64,000 nucleotides of DNA, from the NCBI GenBank assembly GCA_047284725.1, contig JBJBEO010000001.1, forward strand, positions 2,040,203-2,104,202, in the 5' to 3' direction. The notes under the pieces are model-generated. The model was given only the letters and a program-made list of their open reading frames with translations. It did no database searches and was not told where the DNA came from. The DNA is from Synechococcus sp. (lineage in GTDB: Bacteria > Cyanobacteriota > Cyanobacteriia > PCC-6307 > Cyanobiaceae). Below, in pieces: positions 19,366-31,749 of this stretch (position 1 is the stretch's first letter; every line of letters starts with the position of its first letter). A program made the translations under genes and the position numbers.

Positions 19366-21027
19366 TCAGGGCGGGAAGACCCTCAGACGCCTCTGATCCG
19401 CTGCGCCGAAGACATCACTGCGGAGGTGATAGCGCGCCACCAGATCCGCCTGCATGCGCCGCACATCGTCAGTGCGGGGAAGCAGCTCCACCGGCCGCCC
19501 AAGGGGCACCACCACCTGTTCCACCGCCAAACGACATTCCTCAAGGGCGGCGAAGGCATCGCCACGGTCTTGGGTCACCGGCCGTGGTTCGTCCTCAGCA
19601 CGGCGCACCAGCAACCGCTCCAGAGCCCGCTCCACCTGAGGGAACGTGTCGGACTTGATCACCAGAATGGGGACGTGTGCTTCCCGAGCCTGGCGCCGTA
19701 GTCCTGGCTCGCGCCCCAACCCCTGACGTACGCTCAGCACCACATCGGCGTCGGCGAGGTCATCCACCAGCTGCACAGGCCAGGCGTGGCGACGGCTGGC
19801 CTCCTCGACCAGGTGAGGAGTCAGACCACAGCAGAGCACCTGCAAGAGATGGGAACGGGCATCAGCATCCATCGCAGAAGCCCTGTCACCGATCGCAGCA
19901 TCAACCGCCCCCGCGTCTCCTGGATCAGGCATGGGCACCACCGCCAAGGCAGGCTTGGAGCCCTGCTCGCGGCGGGACCGAAGCGAAGGATCACGGGGCC
20001 TCCGAGGCCCGACGTCAGGTGGATCAACCTCCACCAGCTGAACGCGACCCTCGGAGGTCAGCTCTCGCAACTGGGCACGCGGCTGATGTCCTCTGAGCAG
20101 CAGATCAACCGTTGCTCCCACATCCACATGCACGGCCCAGCGATGACGCTGATGGATCTCCACCGCCAATGGGAAGGTGGGCTCGGCTGCACGCTCCAAC
20201 ACCGTCTTCTGACTGCGGCGACGGCGCGCCTCGTCATCACCAAGGGTGACCGACTCGATTCCGCCCACCAAATCGCAGAGGGTGGGGTTCTTGATCAGAT
20301 TGGCCAAGGCATTGCCATGGGCCGTCGCCACCAGCATCACACCCCGTTCGGCGATCGTGCGTGCCGCCTGGGCCTCCAGTTCCGTGCCGATCTCATCGAT
20401 CACGATCACTTCAGGCATGTGGTTTTCCACCGCCTCGATCATCACTTGATGCTGCAGCTCGGGCCGGGACACCTGCATGCGTCGCGCACGACCGATGGCG
20501 GGGTGGGGAATGTCGCCATCACCAGCGATCTCATTGCTGGTGTCGATCACCACCACCCGTTTCGACAGATCGTCAGCCAGCACTCGGGCGATCTCGCGCA
20601 GGGCAGTCGTCTTGCCAACGCCAGGACGTCCCATCAGCAGCAGTGAATCGCCTCGGTCGAGCAAATCGCGCACCATGGCCACAGTGCCGAATACAGCGCG
20701 GCCAACACGGCAAGTGAGACCCACCACCTCCCCGCGTCGATTGCGGATGGCACTGATGCGGTGGAGGGTACGTTCCACTCCGGCACGATTATCAGCCCCA
20801 AACTGCCCGAGCCGATCCACCATCACCTGGAGATCCTCCCGGGTCACGGGGGCATCACCGAGGCAAGCTGAACGGCCGGGATAACGAGCTTCAGGGACTC
20901 GCCCCAGATCCAGCACCACCTCCAACAACTGGTCTCGGGCTTCCTCGGTCCTGAGGTGGCTCTGCACAGTGGCTGGCAACAGCGCGAGCAGGCGGTCGAG
21001 GTCGTCGGTGATGCGCTCGGTGATCAT
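19366..21027 (-). CDS. Ycf45/SpoIIIAA-like AAA ATPase with C-terminal R3H-like domain
   Basis: EVVLDLGR, RTLHRISAIRNR, GRPGVGKTT, DTSNEIAGDG, VIDEIG, ATAHG. Confidence 0.85.
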   Translation of the reverse strand: MITERITDDLDRLLALLPATVQSHLRTEEARDQLLEVVLDLGRVPEARYPGRSACLGDAPVTREDLQVMVDRLGQFGADNRAGVERTLHRISAIRNRRGEVVGLTCRVGRAVFGTVAMVRDLLDRGDSLLLMGRPGVGKTTALREIARVLADDLSKRVVVIDTSNEIAGDGDIPHPAIGRARRMQVSRPELQHQVMIEAVENHMPEVIVIDEIGTELEAQAARTIAERGVMLVATAHGNALANLIKNPTLCDLVGGIESVTLGDDEARRRRSQKTVLERAAEPTFPLAVEIHQRHRWAVHVDVGATVDLLLRGHQPRAQLRELTSEGRVQLVEVDPPDVGPRRPRDPSLRSRREQGSKPALAVVPMPDPGDAGAVDAAIGDRASAMDADARSHLLQVLCCGLTPHLVEEASRRHAWPVQLVDDLADADVVLSVRQGLGREPGLRRQAREAHVPILVIKSDTFPQVERALERLLVRRAEDEPRPVTQDRGDAFAALEECRLAVEQVVVPLGRPVELLPRTDDVRRMQADLVARYHLRSDVFGAADQRRLRVFPP

Positions 21028-21063
21028 CGCCAAAACCTGCGGGCCCAAGGCTATCCCCGCCGC

Positions 21064-22134
21064 TTAGCCAGCGGACGGCCCTTGTCGTCGAACCTCCAGC
21101 CAGGGTTCCACCAGGGCACTGGCCTGAAGGAAAGCCTCTTGCCAGGCCTCAGGCCAGTCGACAAGACGAACACCGCGCTCCAGGGCAGCCTGCAACCAGG
21201 GCTGAACCAAGGTGCGGGCATAGCCACCAAAGGCAACACCCGCAGGACTGCCCTCAGCGGCGGGCACACCCTTGCGAATCTGATCCAAGGTCGCACCGTT
21301 GGTCCCTCCTGCCAACTGCAGGGGACCTGGAGGAGCCAGTGGACGCACCTGTTGCCAGAGCTGAACAGCCGCGCGGGCCGTTCCCCGGCCCACATCACCA
21401 CTCATCGGCCGACCATCGAGCTGCCACACCGGCCTCAATCCATGCCTACGCACCACGGCATAACGCTGCCAGAGCTCGTGGGCAAGATCAGAAGGCCCCA
21501 AGCCATGGCCCTCCAGACCACAACTGACCGCAAGGCGGCGCAAGGGCACCTCGGCATCCACCAGAGCAGCCAACGTGTCGGCAAAGGCGTCCGCACGCCC
21601 TGGAGCGGTATGCACTTCCACAGCATCAGGGTTCAGCTCACGCATGAGAGAGGGCAATGCCTCGCGCCCCTGGCGATGGTCACGGGCCTCAATCAAGCCA
21701 TGGGGGCAAGCCGGCAGACAACGACCACAGCCGTAGCAACGGGCCGGATTGATCCCAGAGCCGTGAGACTCAGCGGGTCGAGGCAAAGGCGAAATCGCAT
21801 CCGCAGGACAGACGCGAAGGCATGGACGGGGACAATCCCCCGGGCAAAGGGCTGGATCGAACTGAGCCTTGCGGAAATGGGCGTCGGCGCCGTCACTGAT
21901 GCTCACCATCAGCCACACAGGTCGGGCCCCGTGGCGACGCGCCCAGGTCAGGCCAGTACGGGCAGCACGCACCACAGCAGGGTCTGCTGCCACATCGACG
22001 CAATGCACACCCGCACTGGCATAGAGCGCACAGAGATCCGTGATCGAAGCGAGATCCTGATTACTGGCCCCGCAGATCAATTTGACCCAATGCCCTTCGT
22101 TCAGGGCGCGTTCACCACGGCAAGACGACGACAC
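21064..22134 (-). CDS. ldpA: Light-dependent period modulator LdpA (Fe-S protein)
   Basis: KLICGAS, HFRKA, two ferredoxin-type Cys clusters (CPGDCPRPCLRVCP; CYGCGRCLPACP), DGRPMSGD, QLAGGTN. Confidence 0.9.
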   Translation of the reverse strand: MSSSCRGERALNEGHWVKLICGASNQDLASITDLCALYASAGVHCVDVAADPAVVRAARTGLTWARRHGARPVWLMVSISDGADAHFRKAQFDPALCPGDCPRPCLRVCPADAISPLPRPAESHGSGINPARCYGCGRCLPACPHGLIEARDHRQGREALPSLMRELNPDAVEVHTAPGRADAFADTLAALVDAEVPLRRLAVSCGLEGHGLGPSDLAHELWQRYAVVRRHGLRPVWQLDGRPMSGDVGRGTARAAVQLWQQVRPLAPPGPLQLAGGTNGATLDQIRKGVPAAEGSPAGVAFGGYARTLVQPWLQAALERGVRLVDWPEAWQEAFLQASALVEPWLEVRRQGPSAG

Positions 22135-22147
22135 CTGATCAAGGGAC

Positions 22148-22609
22148 CTAAGCCCCTAGGAGACCAGCCATCGACTGCCAGCGAAGACTGCGCGAGCCAC
22201 CCATTTCCACCACAACCTTCAAACGCGGCTCGCGGCGGCAGAGCTCACACAAGGAGAGAAGCTCCGAGCGGGACAACACCTGGCCCTCCAGGAGCCAAAG
22301 CACGACAGGCTTATTTCCCAGCAGGCGCTCACCGAGCAAGGGCATGACCTCCTGCACTTCACCAACGGCAGCACCTCGACCAACACTCTGATGACCCAGG
22401 TGAGGCGGACGAATGCCGTGCTTTTCGAAGAGAAAGACCTCCACATCCCCGAGACCACGGGCAGACGTCATCAAGGTGTTGTAGCCAGCGCCCCGTAGTC
22501 GACGCAGCAAGCGGGTTTCGGCCCCTCCTTCGAGGGGAACATGGATGGCCATGCAACCGACGTCCTCGAGCTCACGGCGGAACCCCCGGCCTGAGAGCAG
22601 CAGTGGCAT
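22148..22609 (-). CDS. ndhN: NAD(P)H-quinone oxidoreductase subunit N
   Basis: [39 protein letters not shown]. Confidence 0.9.
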   Translation of the reverse strand: MPLLLSGRGFRRELEDVGCMAIHVPLEGGAETRLLRRLRGAGYNTLMTSARGLGDVEVFLFEKHGIRPPHLGHQSVGRGAAVGEVQEVMPLLGERLLGNKPVVLWLLEGQVLSRSELLSLCELCRREPRLKVVVEMGGSRSLRWQSMAGLLGA

Positions 22610-22990
22610 GAACCCAACACAGCTGCGGGCAAGTCTGGCAGTCGAAGCGGCCAATATGAAGAGGGAAGGGCTGTGGTGTAGTGTTTTTGTTTGCTCCGTG
22701 TTTCTGTGCCCGTCCGCTAGCCGGGCCTCCAGATCGCAGAGCGGGTCCAGCGGTTGCGCTGGATCTCCAGGCCAGAGCAGTGAGGAGTTCACTCCGATCC
22801 TGCCGGGAAACTGATCGAAATCCTCGAACAAGTCCCAGCCCGCTGATTCGCTCGCTAGCTCGATTCCGACCATCTGTCGCCTCTGCTGGCGCCCAGATCT
22901 CGGTCATCACTGCGTCACCACGATCAGCATCTCTATCCACCGCTTGGTTTTCGAGCGGAGGTTGCTCACGCTGGCGTTCTTACATCCCCC

Positions 22991-23647
22991 ATGTCCATCG
23001 GCATCCTTGGGAAGAAGCTGGGTATGTCCCAGCTCTTCGACGAGCAAGGCAAAGCCGTCCCGGTCACTCTGATCGAGGCGGGTCCTTGCCGCATCACCCA
23101 GCTCAAAACATCTGAAACCGACGGCTACTCAGCCGTTCAGATTGGCTTCGGCGACATTCGCGAGAAGCTGATCAACAAGCCCGCCAAGGGCCACCTCGCC
23201 AAATCCGGTGAGGATCTTTTGCGCCACCTCAGCGAATACCGCGTCGACGACGTGAGCGGATTCGAACTGGGCAATCAAGTCACTGTGAGTGACTTTGAAG
23301 CTGGCCAGAAGGTGGATGTGAGCGGCGACACCATGGGTCGTGGTTTCGCTGGCTACCAGAAGCGTCATGGCTTCAGCCGCGGTCCAATGACCCACGGTTC
23401 GAAGAACCATCGTGAACCCGGTTCGACCGGTGCAGGCACCACGCCCGGCCGGATCTATCCCGGCAAGCGCATGGCTGGTCGCTATGGCGGCAAGAAGATC
23501 ACCACCCGTGGTCTGACCATCCTCAAGGTGGACAGCGATCGCAATCTGCTGGTGGTGAAGGGTTCGGTTCCAGGCAAGCCTGGGTCCCTGCTCAACATCC
23601 GCCCCGCGAACCGGGTGGGTGCCAAGCCTGCCAACGGAGGTAAGTGA
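22991..23647 (+). CDS. rplC: 50S ribosomal protein L3
   Basis: [29 protein letters not shown]. Confidence 0.99.
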   Translation: MSIGILGKKLGMSQLFDEQGKAVPVTLIEAGPCRITQLKTSETDGYSAVQIGFGDIREKLINKPAKGHLAKSGEDLLRHLSEYRVDDVSGFELGNQVTVSDFEAGQKVDVSGDTMGRGFAGYQKRHGFSRGPMTHGSKNHREPGSTGAGTTPGRIYPGKRMAGRYGGKKITTRGLTILKVDSDRNLLVVKGSVPGKPGSLLNIRPANRVGAKPANGGK

Positions 23648-24282
23648 TGGCTAACTGTGTAATCCGCGATTGGCAGGGGAAGGAAGCCGGCAAGGCAAGC
23701 CTCGACCTCAAGGTGGCGAAGGAAACCACCGCCAACGACTTGATGCATCGCGCTGTGCTGCGTCAGCAGGCTCACAGCCGTCAAGGCACCGCGAGCACCC
23801 TCACCCGGGCAGAAGTCCGTGGTGGCGGCCGCAAGCCCTACAAACAGAAAGGCACGGGTCGCGCCCGTCAGGGTTCGATTCGCACCCCGCTGCGTCCCGG
23901 TGGCGGCATCGTCTTCGGTCCGAAGCCTCGGTCCTACAACCTGGCGATGAACCGCAAAGAGCGTCGCCTTGCTCTTCGTACGGCCCTGATGGCCCGCGTC
24001 GAAGACATGGTGGTGGTGAAGGATTTCGGCACCAGCCTCGAGGCACCGAAGACCCGTGAGATCACCGACGCCCTTGGCCGTCTCGGTGTCGCTGCAGACG
24101 CCAAGGTGTTGATCATCCTCAGCAACGCCTCGGAGGTCGTGCGTCGCTCCGTGCGCAACCTCGAAAAAGTGAAGCTGATTTCCGCTGATCAGCTCAATGT
24201 CTTCGATCTGCTCAACGCCAACAGCCTGGTGGTGGGTGAGACCGCACTAGCAACGATTCAGGAGGTCTACAGCGATGACTGA
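23647..24282 (+). CDS. rplD: 50S ribosomal protein L4
   Basis: [33 protein letters not shown]. Confidence 0.99.
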   Translation: MANCVIRDWQGKEAGKASLDLKVAKETTANDLMHRAVLRQQAHSRQGTASTLTRAEVRGGGRKPYKQKGTGRARQGSIRTPLRPGGGIVFGPKPRSYNLAMNRKERRLALRTALMARVEDMVVVKDFGTSLEAPKTREITDALGRLGVAADAKVLIILSNASEVVRRSVRNLEKVKLISADQLNVFDLLNANSLVVGETALATIQEVYSDD

Positions 24283-24577
24283 GCGCTTCACCGGACGACT
24301 GGCCGATGTGATCCGCCGCCCGCTGATCACCGAAAAGGCCACCCGCGCATTGGAACAAAACCAGTACACCTTTGAGGTGGATCCCCGCGCAGCCAAGCCC
24401 GACATCAAAGCCGCCGTCGAGCAGCTCTTCGATGTCAAGGTCACAGGCATCAGCACCATGAATCCTCCCCGCCGCGCTCGTCGCGTCGGTCGCTTCGCCG
24501 GCAAACGCGCCCAGGTGAAGAAAGCTGTGGTGCGCCTGGCCGAAGGCAACTCCATCCAACTCTTCCCTGAGTCCTGA
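24275..24577 (+). CDS. rplW: 50S ribosomal protein L23
   Basis: [19 protein letters not shown]. Confidence 0.98.
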   Translation: MTERFTGRLADVIRRPLITEKATRALEQNQYTFEVDPRAAKPDIKAAVEQLFDVKVTGISTMNPPRRARRVGRFAGKRAQVKKAVVRLAEGNSIQLFPES

Positions 24578-24592
24578 GGGGTCTGAAACGTC

Positions 24593-25456
24593 ATGGCAAT
24601 CCGTACATTCCGCCCCTACACCCCCGGTACCCGCACCCGGGTGGTCACCGACTTCAGCGAAGTCACCGGCCGCAAGCCGGAACGTTCCCTTGTGGTGGCC
24701 AAGCATCGCCGCAAAGGCCGTAACAATCGCGGCGTGATCACCTGCCGCCATCGCGGTGGTGGCCACAAGCGCCAATACCGCTTGGTGGATTTCCGCCGCA
24801 ACAAGCACGGCGTTCCTGCCAAGGTCGCAGCGATTCACTACGACCCCCATCGCAACGCTCGCCTCGCTCTTCTGTTCTATGCAGACGGCGAGAAGCGCTA
24901 CATCCTTGCTCCCGCAGGCGTGACCGTTGGTCAGACCGTGGTCTCCGGCCCCGAGTCTCCGATCGAAAACGGCAACGCGTTGCCCCTGTCTGCCATCCCC
25001 CTGGGTTCCAGCGTTCACTGCGTTGAGCTGTATGCAGGGCGTGGTGGCCAAATGGTGCGTACCGCTGGCGCCAGCGCCCAGGTGATGGCCAAGGAAGGCG
25101 ACTACGTCGCTCTCAAGCTCCCCTCCACCGAGGTCCGCTTGGTGCGTCGTGAGTGCTATGCCACCCTCGGTGAAGTCGGCAACTCCGAAATCCGCAATAC
25201 CAGCCTGGGTAAGGCTGGTCGCCGTCGCTGGCTTGGCCGCCGTCCTCAGGTGCGAGGCAGTGTGATGAACCCCTGCGACCACCCCCATGGTGGTGGTGAG
25301 GGTCGTGCACCGATCGGCCGTTCCGGTCCTGTGACGCCCTGGGGCAAGCCCGCCCTTGGCCTCAAGACCCGCAAGCGGAACAAGCCCAGCAACAAGTTCG
25401 TCCTTCGCAAGCGTCGCAAGACCTCCAAGCGGAGCCGTGGCGGACGCGATTCCTGA
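24593..25456 (+). CDS. rplB: 50S ribosomal protein L2
   Basis: [29 protein letters not shown]. Confidence 0.99.
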   Translation: MAIRTFRPYTPGTRTRVVTDFSEVTGRKPERSLVVAKHRRKGRNNRGVITCRHRGGGHKRQYRLVDFRRNKHGVPAKVAAIHYDPHRNARLALLFYADGEKRYILAPAGVTVGQTVVSGPESPIENGNALPLSAIPLGSSVHCVELYAGRGGQMVRTAGASAQVMAKEGDYVALKLPSTEVRLVRRECYATLGEVGNSEIRNTSLGKAGRRRWLGRRPQVRGSVMNPCDHPHGGGEGRAPIGRSGPVTPWGKPALGLKTRKRNKPSNKFVLRKRRKTSKRSRGGRDS

Positions 25457-25491
25457 TGCAACTCACTGTTTTGCCATTCGCTTAATCCGCC

Positions 25492-25767
25492 ATGGGACGT
25501 TCACTCAAAAAAGGCCCTTTCATTGCTGACAGCCTTCTCCGCAAGGTTGAAAAGCAAAATGCTGCTGATGACAAATCCGTCATCAAAACCTGGTCACGGG
25601 CCTCCACCATCCTGCCGATGATGATTGGCCACACCATTGCCGTTCACAACGGCAGAACCCACGTGCCGGTCTTCGTCACCGAGCAAATGGTGGGTCACAA
25701 GCTGGGCGAATTCGCCCCCACCCGCACCTTCAAGGGCCACATCAAAGACAAGAAAGGAGGCCGCTGA
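25492..25767 (+). CDS. rpsS: 30S ribosomal protein S19
   Basis: [21 protein letters not shown]. Confidence 0.99.
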   Translation: MGRSLKKGPFIADSLLRKVEKQNAADDKSVIKTWSRASTILPMMIGHTIAVHNGRTHVPVFVTEQMVGHKLGEFAPTRTFKGHIKDKKGGR

Positions 25768-25771
25768 GACC

Positions 25772-26137
25772 ATGACCACGTCATCCCCAACAGCCCCTAC
25801 CGCCCAGGCCCACGGACGCTTCATTCGCGGTTCCGTGTCGAAGGTGCGGAGGGTTCTCGATCAAATCCGCGGTCGCAGCTATCGCGACGCGCTGATCATG
25901 CTCGAGTTCATGCCCTACCGCTCCACCGGCCCCATCACCAAAGTGCTGCGGTCAGCCGTTGCCAATGCTGAGCACAACCTGGGTATGGATCCTTCCACCC
26001 TGGTGATCACCACGGCCACTGCAGACATGGGGCCTGCCATGAAGCGGTATCGCCCCCGCGCCCAAGGCCGGGCGTACCAGATCAAGAAGCAGACCTGCCA
26101 CATCAGCATCGCTGTGGCAGCCCAGACCGACTCCTGA
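25772..26137 (+). CDS. rplV: 50S ribosomal protein L22
   Basis: [28 protein letters not shown]. Confidence 0.98.
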   Translation: MTTSSPTAPTAQAHGRFIRGSVSKVRRVLDQIRGRSYRDALIMLEFMPYRSTGPITKVLRSAVANAEHNLGMDPSTLVITTATADMGPAMKRYRPRAQGRAYQIKKQTCHISIAVAAQTDS

Positions 26138-26156
26138 CCCCCGAGCACACCGACTG

Positions 26157-26888
26157 ATGGGACACAAAATCCATCCAACCGGCTTACGCCTGGGGATCAC
26201 CCAGGAGCACCGGTCCCGCTGGTATGCCTCCAGCAAAAACTATCCGGCCCTTCTCCAGGAAGATGACCGGATTCGCAAATTCATCCACAAGAAATATGGC
26301 TCTGCAGGCATCAGCGATGTGCTGATTGCCCGCAAGGCTGACCAGCTTGAGGTTGAACTCAAGACCGCACGCCCCGGCGTGTTGGTGGGCCGCCAAGGCA
26401 GCGGCATCGAAGACCTGCGAAGCGGCATCCAGAAAACCGTCGGTGATTCCAGCCGTCAGGTTCGAATCAATGTCGTGGAAGTGGAGCGCGTTGACGCCGA
26501 CGCCTTCCTCCTGGCCGAGTACATCGCTCAACAGCTGGAAAAGCGTGTGGCCTTCCGCCGCACCATCCGCATGGCTGTGCAGCGTGCTCAGCGTGCAGGC
26601 GTTCTTGGCCTGAAAATTCAGGTCAGCGGTCGTCTCAACGGTGCGGAGATCGCTCGTACCGAATGGACCCGCGAAGGTCGTGTGCCCCTGCACACCCTGC
26701 GCGCAGACATCGACTACGCCACCAAAGTGGCCAGCACCACCTACGGAGTCCTGGGCATCAAGGTCTGGATCTTCAAGGGCGAGGTGCTGGGCGATGAAGC
26801 TCGCCAACAACTGCCTGTGGGGGCCACCCCGCGGCGCCGGGCCGGTCGCAGGCCCCAACAGTTCGAAGACCGCTCTAACGAGGGTTGA
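26157..26888 (+). CDS. rpsC: 30S ribosomal protein S3
   Basis: [38 protein letters not shown]. Confidence 0.99.
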   Translation: MGHKIHPTGLRLGITQEHRSRWYASSKNYPALLQEDDRIRKFIHKKYGSAGISDVLIARKADQLEVELKTARPGVLVGRQGSGIEDLRSGIQKTVGDSSRQVRINVVEVERVDADAFLLAEYIAQQLEKRVAFRRTIRMAVQRAQRAGVLGLKIQVSGRLNGAEIARTEWTREGRVPLHTLRADIDYATKVASTTYGVLGIKVWIFKGEVLGDEARQQLPVGATPRRRAGRRPQQFEDRSNEG

Positions 26889-26904
26889 ACAGGAGGCCTG
26901 AACC

Positions 26905-27381
26905 ATGCTGAGTCCAAAACGCGTCAAATTCCGTAAGCAGCAGCGCGGTCGCATGCGCGGCGTTGCTACCCGTGGCAACACCATTGCCTTCGGTCAGTTC
27001 GCACTGCAAGCACAGGAATGCGGCTGGATCACCTCGCGTCAGATCGAGGCCAGCCGTCGTGCCATGACCCGCTACGTCAAGCGGGGCGGCAAAATCTGGA
27101 TCCGGATCTTCCCCGACAAACCGGTCACCATGCGTCCTGCTGAAACCCGTATGGGTTCCGGTAAGGGCAACCCTGAATTCTGGGTGGCTGTGATCAAGCC
27201 GGGACGGATTCTTTTCGAGATGGGCGGTGATGAAATCACCCCTGACATCGCACGGGAAGCCATGCGCCTTGCGCAGTACAAGCTCCCTGTGAAGACCAAG
27301 TTCATCACCCTGGATGACCAGGAACAAGCCGCCGCTGGCAGCGATGCCAAGGCTGCGTCCACCGCAACCGTGGAGGCCTGA
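26905..27381 (+). CDS. rplP: 50S ribosomal protein L16
   Basis: [23 protein letters not shown]. Confidence 0.99.
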   Translation: MLSPKRVKFRKQQRGRMRGVATRGNTIAFGQFALQAQECGWITSRQIEASRRAMTRYVKRGGKIWIRIFPDKPVTMRPAETRMGSGKGNPEFWVAVIKPGRILFEMGGDEITPDIAREAMRLAQYKLPVKTKFITLDDQEQAAAGSDAKAASTATVEA

Positions 27382-27383
27382 CC

Positions 27384-27593
27384 ATGGCACGCCCTAATGC
27401 TTCTGAGCTGCGTCAGCTCTCTGATGCCGACATCAACGACCAGATCGCTGGCCTGCGCCGTGAGCTGTTCGACCTGCGCTTTCAGCAGGCGACCCGGCAA
27501 CTTGCCAACACGCACCGTTTCAAGGAAAGCCGCATCAAGCTGGCTCAACTTCTGACGCTGCAATCGGAGCGGCAGCGCTCCACTGCTTCCTGA
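27384..27593 (+). CDS. rpmC: 50S ribosomal protein L29
   Basis: [11 protein letters not shown]; operon position. Confidence 0.95.
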   Translation: MARPNASELRQLSDADINDQIAGLRRELFDLRFQQATRQLANTHRFKESRIKLAQLLTLQSERQRSTAS

Positions 27594-27613
27594 TCCCCTA
27601 AGGAGAACCAACC

Positions 27614-27880
27614 ATGGCACTCAAAGAAAGGGTCGGCACCGTCGTCAGCGACAAGATGGACAAAACGGTGGTTGTTGCGGTGGAGAACCGCTTCCCCCAT
27701 CCCATCTACAAGAAGACGGTGAGCCGTACCACCCGTTACAAGGCTCACGACGAGGAGAACAACTGCCGCGTCGGTGACCGGGTTCGCATCACTGAAACCC
27801 GTCCGATGAGCCGTCACAAGCGCTGGGCCATCGCCGAGGTGCTCAGCCACAGCCCCAAGGCTGAGGAGGCCGCCAAATGA
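27614..27880 (+). CDS. rpsQ: 30S ribosomal protein S17
   Basis: [23 protein letters not shown]. Confidence 0.98.
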   Translation: MALKERVGTVVSDKMDKTVVVAVENRFPHPIYKKTVSRTTRYKAHDEENNCRVGDRVRITETRPMSRHKRWAIAEVLSHSPKAEEAAK

Positions 27881-28242
27881 TCCAGCAGGAAACCTTCCTT
27901 ACTGTCGCTGACAACAGCGGAGCCAAGCGCATCCAGTGCATCCGTGTACTCGGCAGCAACCGTCGCTACGCCCATGTGGGCGATGTGATCGTGGCAGCTG
28001 TGAAAGATGCCATGCCCAACATGGGCGTGAAGAAGTCCGATGTGGTCAAGGCCGTTGTGGTGCGCACCAAAGCCACCCTGCGTCGCGACACCGGTAATTC
28101 GATCCGCTTCGACGACAACGCAGCGGTGATCATCAACGCCGACAACAACCCCCGCGGCACCCGCGTCTTCGGACCTGTTGCCCGCGAACTGCGTGAACGC
28201 AACTTCACCAAAATCGTCTCCCTCGCTCCGGAGGTGATCTGA
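27877..28242 (+). CDS. rplN: 50S ribosomal protein L14
   Basis: [23 protein letters not shown]. Confidence 0.99.
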   Translation: MIQQETFLTVADNSGAKRIQCIRVLGSNRRYAHVGDVIVAAVKDAMPNMGVKKSDVVKAVVVRTKATLRRDTGNSIRFDDNAAVIINADNNPRGTRVFGPVARELRERNFTKIVSLAPEVI

Positions 28243-28243
28243 G

Positions 28244-28600
28244 ATGGCTACAGCAACTCCCAAATCCGCCTCGACCCAGCGCATCAAGATGCGTCTGCGT
28301 AAGGGTGACACCGTTCAGGTGATCTCCGGCAAAGACAAAGGCAAGACCGGCGAAGTGCTTCGCACATTGCCGAACGAGAACCGCGTGATCGTGCAGGGCA
28401 TCAATCTGCGCACCCGTCACGTCAAACCCACCCAAGAAGGTGAGTCCGGTCGCATCCTGACCGAGGAAGCCTCTCTGCATGCCTCCAACGTGATGCTTTA
28501 CTCCACCACCAAGAACGTGGCCAGCCGTGTTGAGCTGATCACCGAAAAGGATGGCAGCAAAAAGCGTCGTCTCAAGAAAACCGGCGAAGTGATCGATTGA
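28244..28600 (+). CDS. rplX: 50S ribosomal protein L24
   Basis: [17 protein letters not shown] (KOW motif), HASNV. Confidence 0.98.
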   Translation: MATATPKSASTQRIKMRLRKGDTVQVISGKDKGKTGEVLRTLPNENRVIVQGINLRTRHVKPTQEGESGRILTEEASLHASNVMLYSTTKNVASRVELITEKDGSKKRRLKKTGEVID

Positions 28601-28646
28601 TCACTCACCCGTCTTCTGACCAAGACCAGAAGTCACCCCCCCAGCT

Positions 28647-29186
28647 ATGTCACTGAAAAAACGCTATCAGGAGACAATTCAGCCCAAATTGCTGAAGGAC
28701 CTCTCCCTCTCCAACGTCCACGAAGTCCCCAAGGTGCTCAAAGTCACCGTCAACCGGGGTCTCGGGGAAGCCGCGACCAACGCCAAGTCCCTTGAGGCTT
28801 CGGTGAATGAGTTGGCCCAGATCACTGGCCAGAAGGTTGTGATCACACGTGCCAAGAAGGCCATTGCAGGCTTCAAGATTCGTCAGGGCATGCCAATTGG
28901 TTGTGCTGTCACCCTGCGTGGTGATCGCATGTACGCCTTCCTGGAGCGCCTGATCAATCTGGCGTTGCCCCGCATCCGCGACTTCCGTGGCGTCAGCCCC
29001 AAAAGCTTCGATGGACGTGGCAACTACACCCTGGGGGTTAGAGAGCAAATCATCTTTCCCGAAATCTCCTTCGATCAGATCGACGCCATCAGGGGCATGG
29101 ACATCACCATCGTGACCACTGCCCGTACGGATGAAGAGGGCCGGGCCCTCCTCCGCGAGATGGGAATGCCATTCCGCAGCAACTGA
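28647..29186 (+). CDS. rplE: 50S ribosomal protein L5
   Basis: [21 protein letters not shown]. Confidence 0.99.
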   Translation: MSLKKRYQETIQPKLLKDLSLSNVHEVPKVLKVTVNRGLGEAATNAKSLEASVNELAQITGQKVVITRAKKAIAGFKIRQGMPIGCAVTLRGDRMYAFLERLINLALPRIRDFRGVSPKSFDGRGNYTLGVREQIIFPEISFDQIDAIRGMDITIVTTARTDEEGRALLREMGMPFRSN

Positions 29187-29205
29187 GCCCCCCTCGGAAA
29201 CCACT

Positions 29206-29607
29206 ATGGCCAACCACGACCCAATTTCCGACATGCTCACCCGCATTCGCAATGCGAGTGAGAAACGTCACCAATCCACCAAAGTTCCCTCCTCGCGCAT
29301 GGCGCGAAGCATCGCCAAGGTGCTTCAGCAGGAAGGCTTCATCGCTGAAATCAGCGAAGAAGGCGAAGGTATTCACGCCAACCTGGTGCTCGAACTGAAA
29401 TACAGCGGCAAGCACCGTCAGCCCACCATCCGTTCGATGCAACGGGTGAGCAAGCCAGGCCTGCGCATCTACAAGAACACCCGTGGCCTGCCCAAGGTTC
29501 TCGGCGGGCTGGGGGTGGCCATCATCTCCACCTCCAAGGGTGTGATGAGCGACCGCGATGCCCGCAAGCAGGGCGTCGGTGGTGAAGTGCTCTGCTACGT
29601 GTACTGA
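29206..29607 (+). CDS. rpsH: 30S ribosomal protein S8
   Basis: [30 protein letters not shown]. Confidence 0.99.
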   Translation: MANHDPISDMLTRIRNASEKRHQSTKVPSSRMARSIAKVLQQEGFIAEISEEGEGIHANLVLELKYSGKHRQPTIRSMQRVSKPGLRIYKNTRGLPKVLGGLGVAIISTSKGVMSDRDARKQGVGGEVLCYVY

Positions 29608-29622
29608 TCCGGAGCCAGAACT

Positions 29623-30162
29623 ATGTCTCGTATTGGTAAATCTCCAGTCCCCATTCCCGATAAGGTGAATGTCACCCTCGACGGTCTCGCCGTCACGGTG
29701 AAAGGTCCGAAGGGTGAACTCAGCCGCACCCTTCCCGATGGTGTCACCGTCAGCCAGGTGGACAACACGATCGTTGTGGCTCCGAGCAGTGACAAGCGTC
29801 GCTCCCGTGAGCGCCATGGCCTCTGCCGCACCCTTGTCGCCAACATGATCGAGGGTGTCAGCAACGGCTACAGCAAGAAGCTTGAGATCGTGGGTGTGGG
29901 CAACCGTGCCCAGGTCAAAGGCAAGACCCTGGTGGTCAGCGCCGGCTACAGCCACCCCGTTGAAGTGGTTCCCCCCGAAGGCATCACCTTCGCTGTGGAG
30001 AACAACACCAACGTCACCGTCTCCGGCACCGACAAAGAACTGGTCGGCAACGAAGCCGCCAAAATCCGCGCCATCCGTCCACCTGAGCCCTACAAGGGCA
30101 AGGGCATCAAGTACGCGGGCGAGCGCATCCTGCGCAAGGCAGGCAAGTCGGGCAAGAAGTAA
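29623..30162 (+). CDS. rplF: 50S ribosomal protein L6
   Basis: [25 protein letters not shown]. Confidence 0.99.
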   Translation: MSRIGKSPVPIPDKVNVTLDGLAVTVKGPKGELSRTLPDGVTVSQVDNTIVVAPSSDKRRSRERHGLCRTLVANMIEGVSNGYSKKLEIVGVGNRAQVKGKTLVVSAGYSHPVEVVPPEGITFAVENNTNVTVSGTDKELVGNEAAKIRAIRPPEPYKGKGIKYAGERILRKAGKSGKK

Positions 30163-30195
30163 TCCCCTGCCAGGCAACCCTCCTTATCCCCCACC

Positions 30196-30564
30196 ATGTC
30201 GACCCTTTCCCGCAAACAGCAGACCCAGAAGCGCCACCGGCGCCTGCGTCGTCATCTCAACGGTTCAGCCGAGCGTCCCCGCCTGGCCGTGTTCCGTTCC
30301 AACAATCACATCTACGCCCAGGTCATCGACGACGAGGCTCAGAGCACCCTGTGCTCTGCCTCCACTGTTGACAAGGAACTGCGCGCCAGCCTCAAAGCTG
30401 ACGGCAGCAGTTGCGATGCCTCCGTCGCCGTCGGCGCGCTGGTGGCCAAGCGCGCCATCGCCAAGGGCATCCAACAGGTGGTCTTCGATCGCGGCGGCAA
30501 CCTGTACCACGGTCGGGTGAAAGCCCTTGCCGACGCCGCCCGGGAAGCGGGCCTTCAATTCTGA
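30196..30564 (+). CDS. rplR: 50S ribosomal protein L18
   Basis: [20 protein letters not shown]. Confidence 0.99.
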   Translation: MSTLSRKQQTQKRHRRLRRHLNGSAERPRLAVFRSNNHIYAQVIDDEAQSTLCSASTVDKELRASLKADGSSCDASVAVGALVAKRAIAKGIQQVVFDRGGNLYHGRVKALADAAREAGLQF

Positions 30565-30577
30565 TCCTGCTCTCAAC

Positions 30578-31216
30578 ATGACCGAACCCAACACTCAAAC
30601 CAATCCCAACGACGTGCCGGCAGCGTCTGATGTTCCCGCTGCGGCCGAAGGCCAGCAGGAACAACGTCGTGGTGGACGTGACCGTGGCGACCGCCGCGGT
30701 GGACGTCGCGGCGACCGTCGTGGCCAGGAGCGTGACTCCGAATGGCAGGAGCGCGTGGTGCAGATCCGCCGCGTCTCCAAGACCGTCAAGGGCGGTAAGA
30801 AGATGAGCTTCCGCGCCATCGTCGTGGTCGGCAACGAAAAAGGTCAGGTCGGCGTGGGTGTCGGCAAGGCCGGTGATGTGATCGGCGCTGTCCGCAAGGG
30901 CGTGGCCGATGGCAAAAAGCATCTGGTGAAGGTGCCTCTGACCCGCCACAACTCCATTCCCACCCTGTCCAATGGCCGTGATGGTGCAGCCAGCGTGCTG
31001 ATCCGTCCCGCTGCCCCTGGTACCGGGGTGATTGCGGGCGGTTCGATCCGCACCGTGCTGGAACTGGCAGGCATCAAGAATGTGCTGGCGAAGCGACTGG
31101 GCAGCAAAACTCCCCTGAACAACGCCCGTGCTGCCATGGTGGCCCTGTCGGAACTCCGCACGCACAAGGACACCGCCAAGGAACGGGGGATCTCCCTCGA
31201 GCAGATCTATTCCTGA
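30578..31216 (+). CDS. rpsE: 30S ribosomal protein S5
   Basis: [22 protein letters not shown]. Confidence 0.99.
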   Translation: MTEPNTQTNPNDVPAASDVPAAAEGQQEQRRGGRDRGDRRGGRRGDRRGQERDSEWQERVVQIRRVSKTVKGGKKMSFRAIVVVGNEKGQVGVGVGKAGDVIGAVRKGVADGKKHLVKVPLTRHNSIPTLSNGRDGAASVLIRPAAPGTGVIAGGSIRTVLELAGIKNVLAKRLGSKTPLNNARAAMVALSELRTHKDTAKERGISLEQIYS

Positions 31217-31221
31217 TTCCC

Positions 31222-31674
31222 ATGACCCTTCGTCTCGATTCCCTCAAAGCCAACAAAGGCGCCCGTCGCCGCAAACTGCGCAAGGGCCGTGGCATTGCCG
31301 CTGGCCAGGGAGCCAGCTGCGGCTTCGGCATGCGTGGTCAGAAGTCCCGTTCGGGTCGGCCCACGCGCCCAGGTTTCGAAGGTGGCCAAATGCCCCTTTA
31401 CCGCCGGGTGCCAAAGCTGAAGCACTTCCCACTGGTGAACCCCAAGTTCTTCACCGTGTTGAATGTGTCCGCCCTGAATGACCTCAAGGACGGCAGCACC
31501 GTCAACCTCGACGCTCTCGTCAAGGCCGGTGTCGTGACCAGCCCCAAGCATCCTCTGAAGATCCTTGGCAATGGCGATCTCAAAGTGAAGCTGACCGTTC
31601 AGGCGGCAGCCTTCACCTCCTCCGCCCGTAGCAAAATCGAAGCCGCCGGTGGCAGCTGCGAACTGCTCGATTGA
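31222..31674 (+). CDS. rplO: 50S ribosomal protein L15
   Basis: [25 protein letters not shown]. Confidence 0.99.
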   Translation: MTLRLDSLKANKGARRRKLRKGRGIAAGQGASCGFGMRGQKSRSGRPTRPGFEGGQMPLYRRVPKLKHFPLVNPKFFTVLNVSALNDLKDGSTVNLDALVKAGVVTSPKHPLKILGNGDLKVKLTVQAAAFTSSARSKIEAAGGSCELLD

Positions 31675-31711
31675 GTCCACCCCTGATCTGTGCAGACAGG
31701 TCTAAGGTCTG

Positions 31712-31749
31712 AGCCGTCCGCATGACTTCAGTCATCGGACGGCTTTTTT
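31712..31749 (+). terminator. Intrinsic terminator-like hairpin between rplO and secY
   Basis: AGCCGTCCG-CATGACTTCAGTCAT-CGGACGGCT followed by TTTTT. Confidence 0.7.

Noticed and set aside
20956..22347. 463-aa plus-strand ORF over ldpA/ndhN
   Set aside because: Overlaps well-supported minus-strand genes; composition typical of a shadow ORF.
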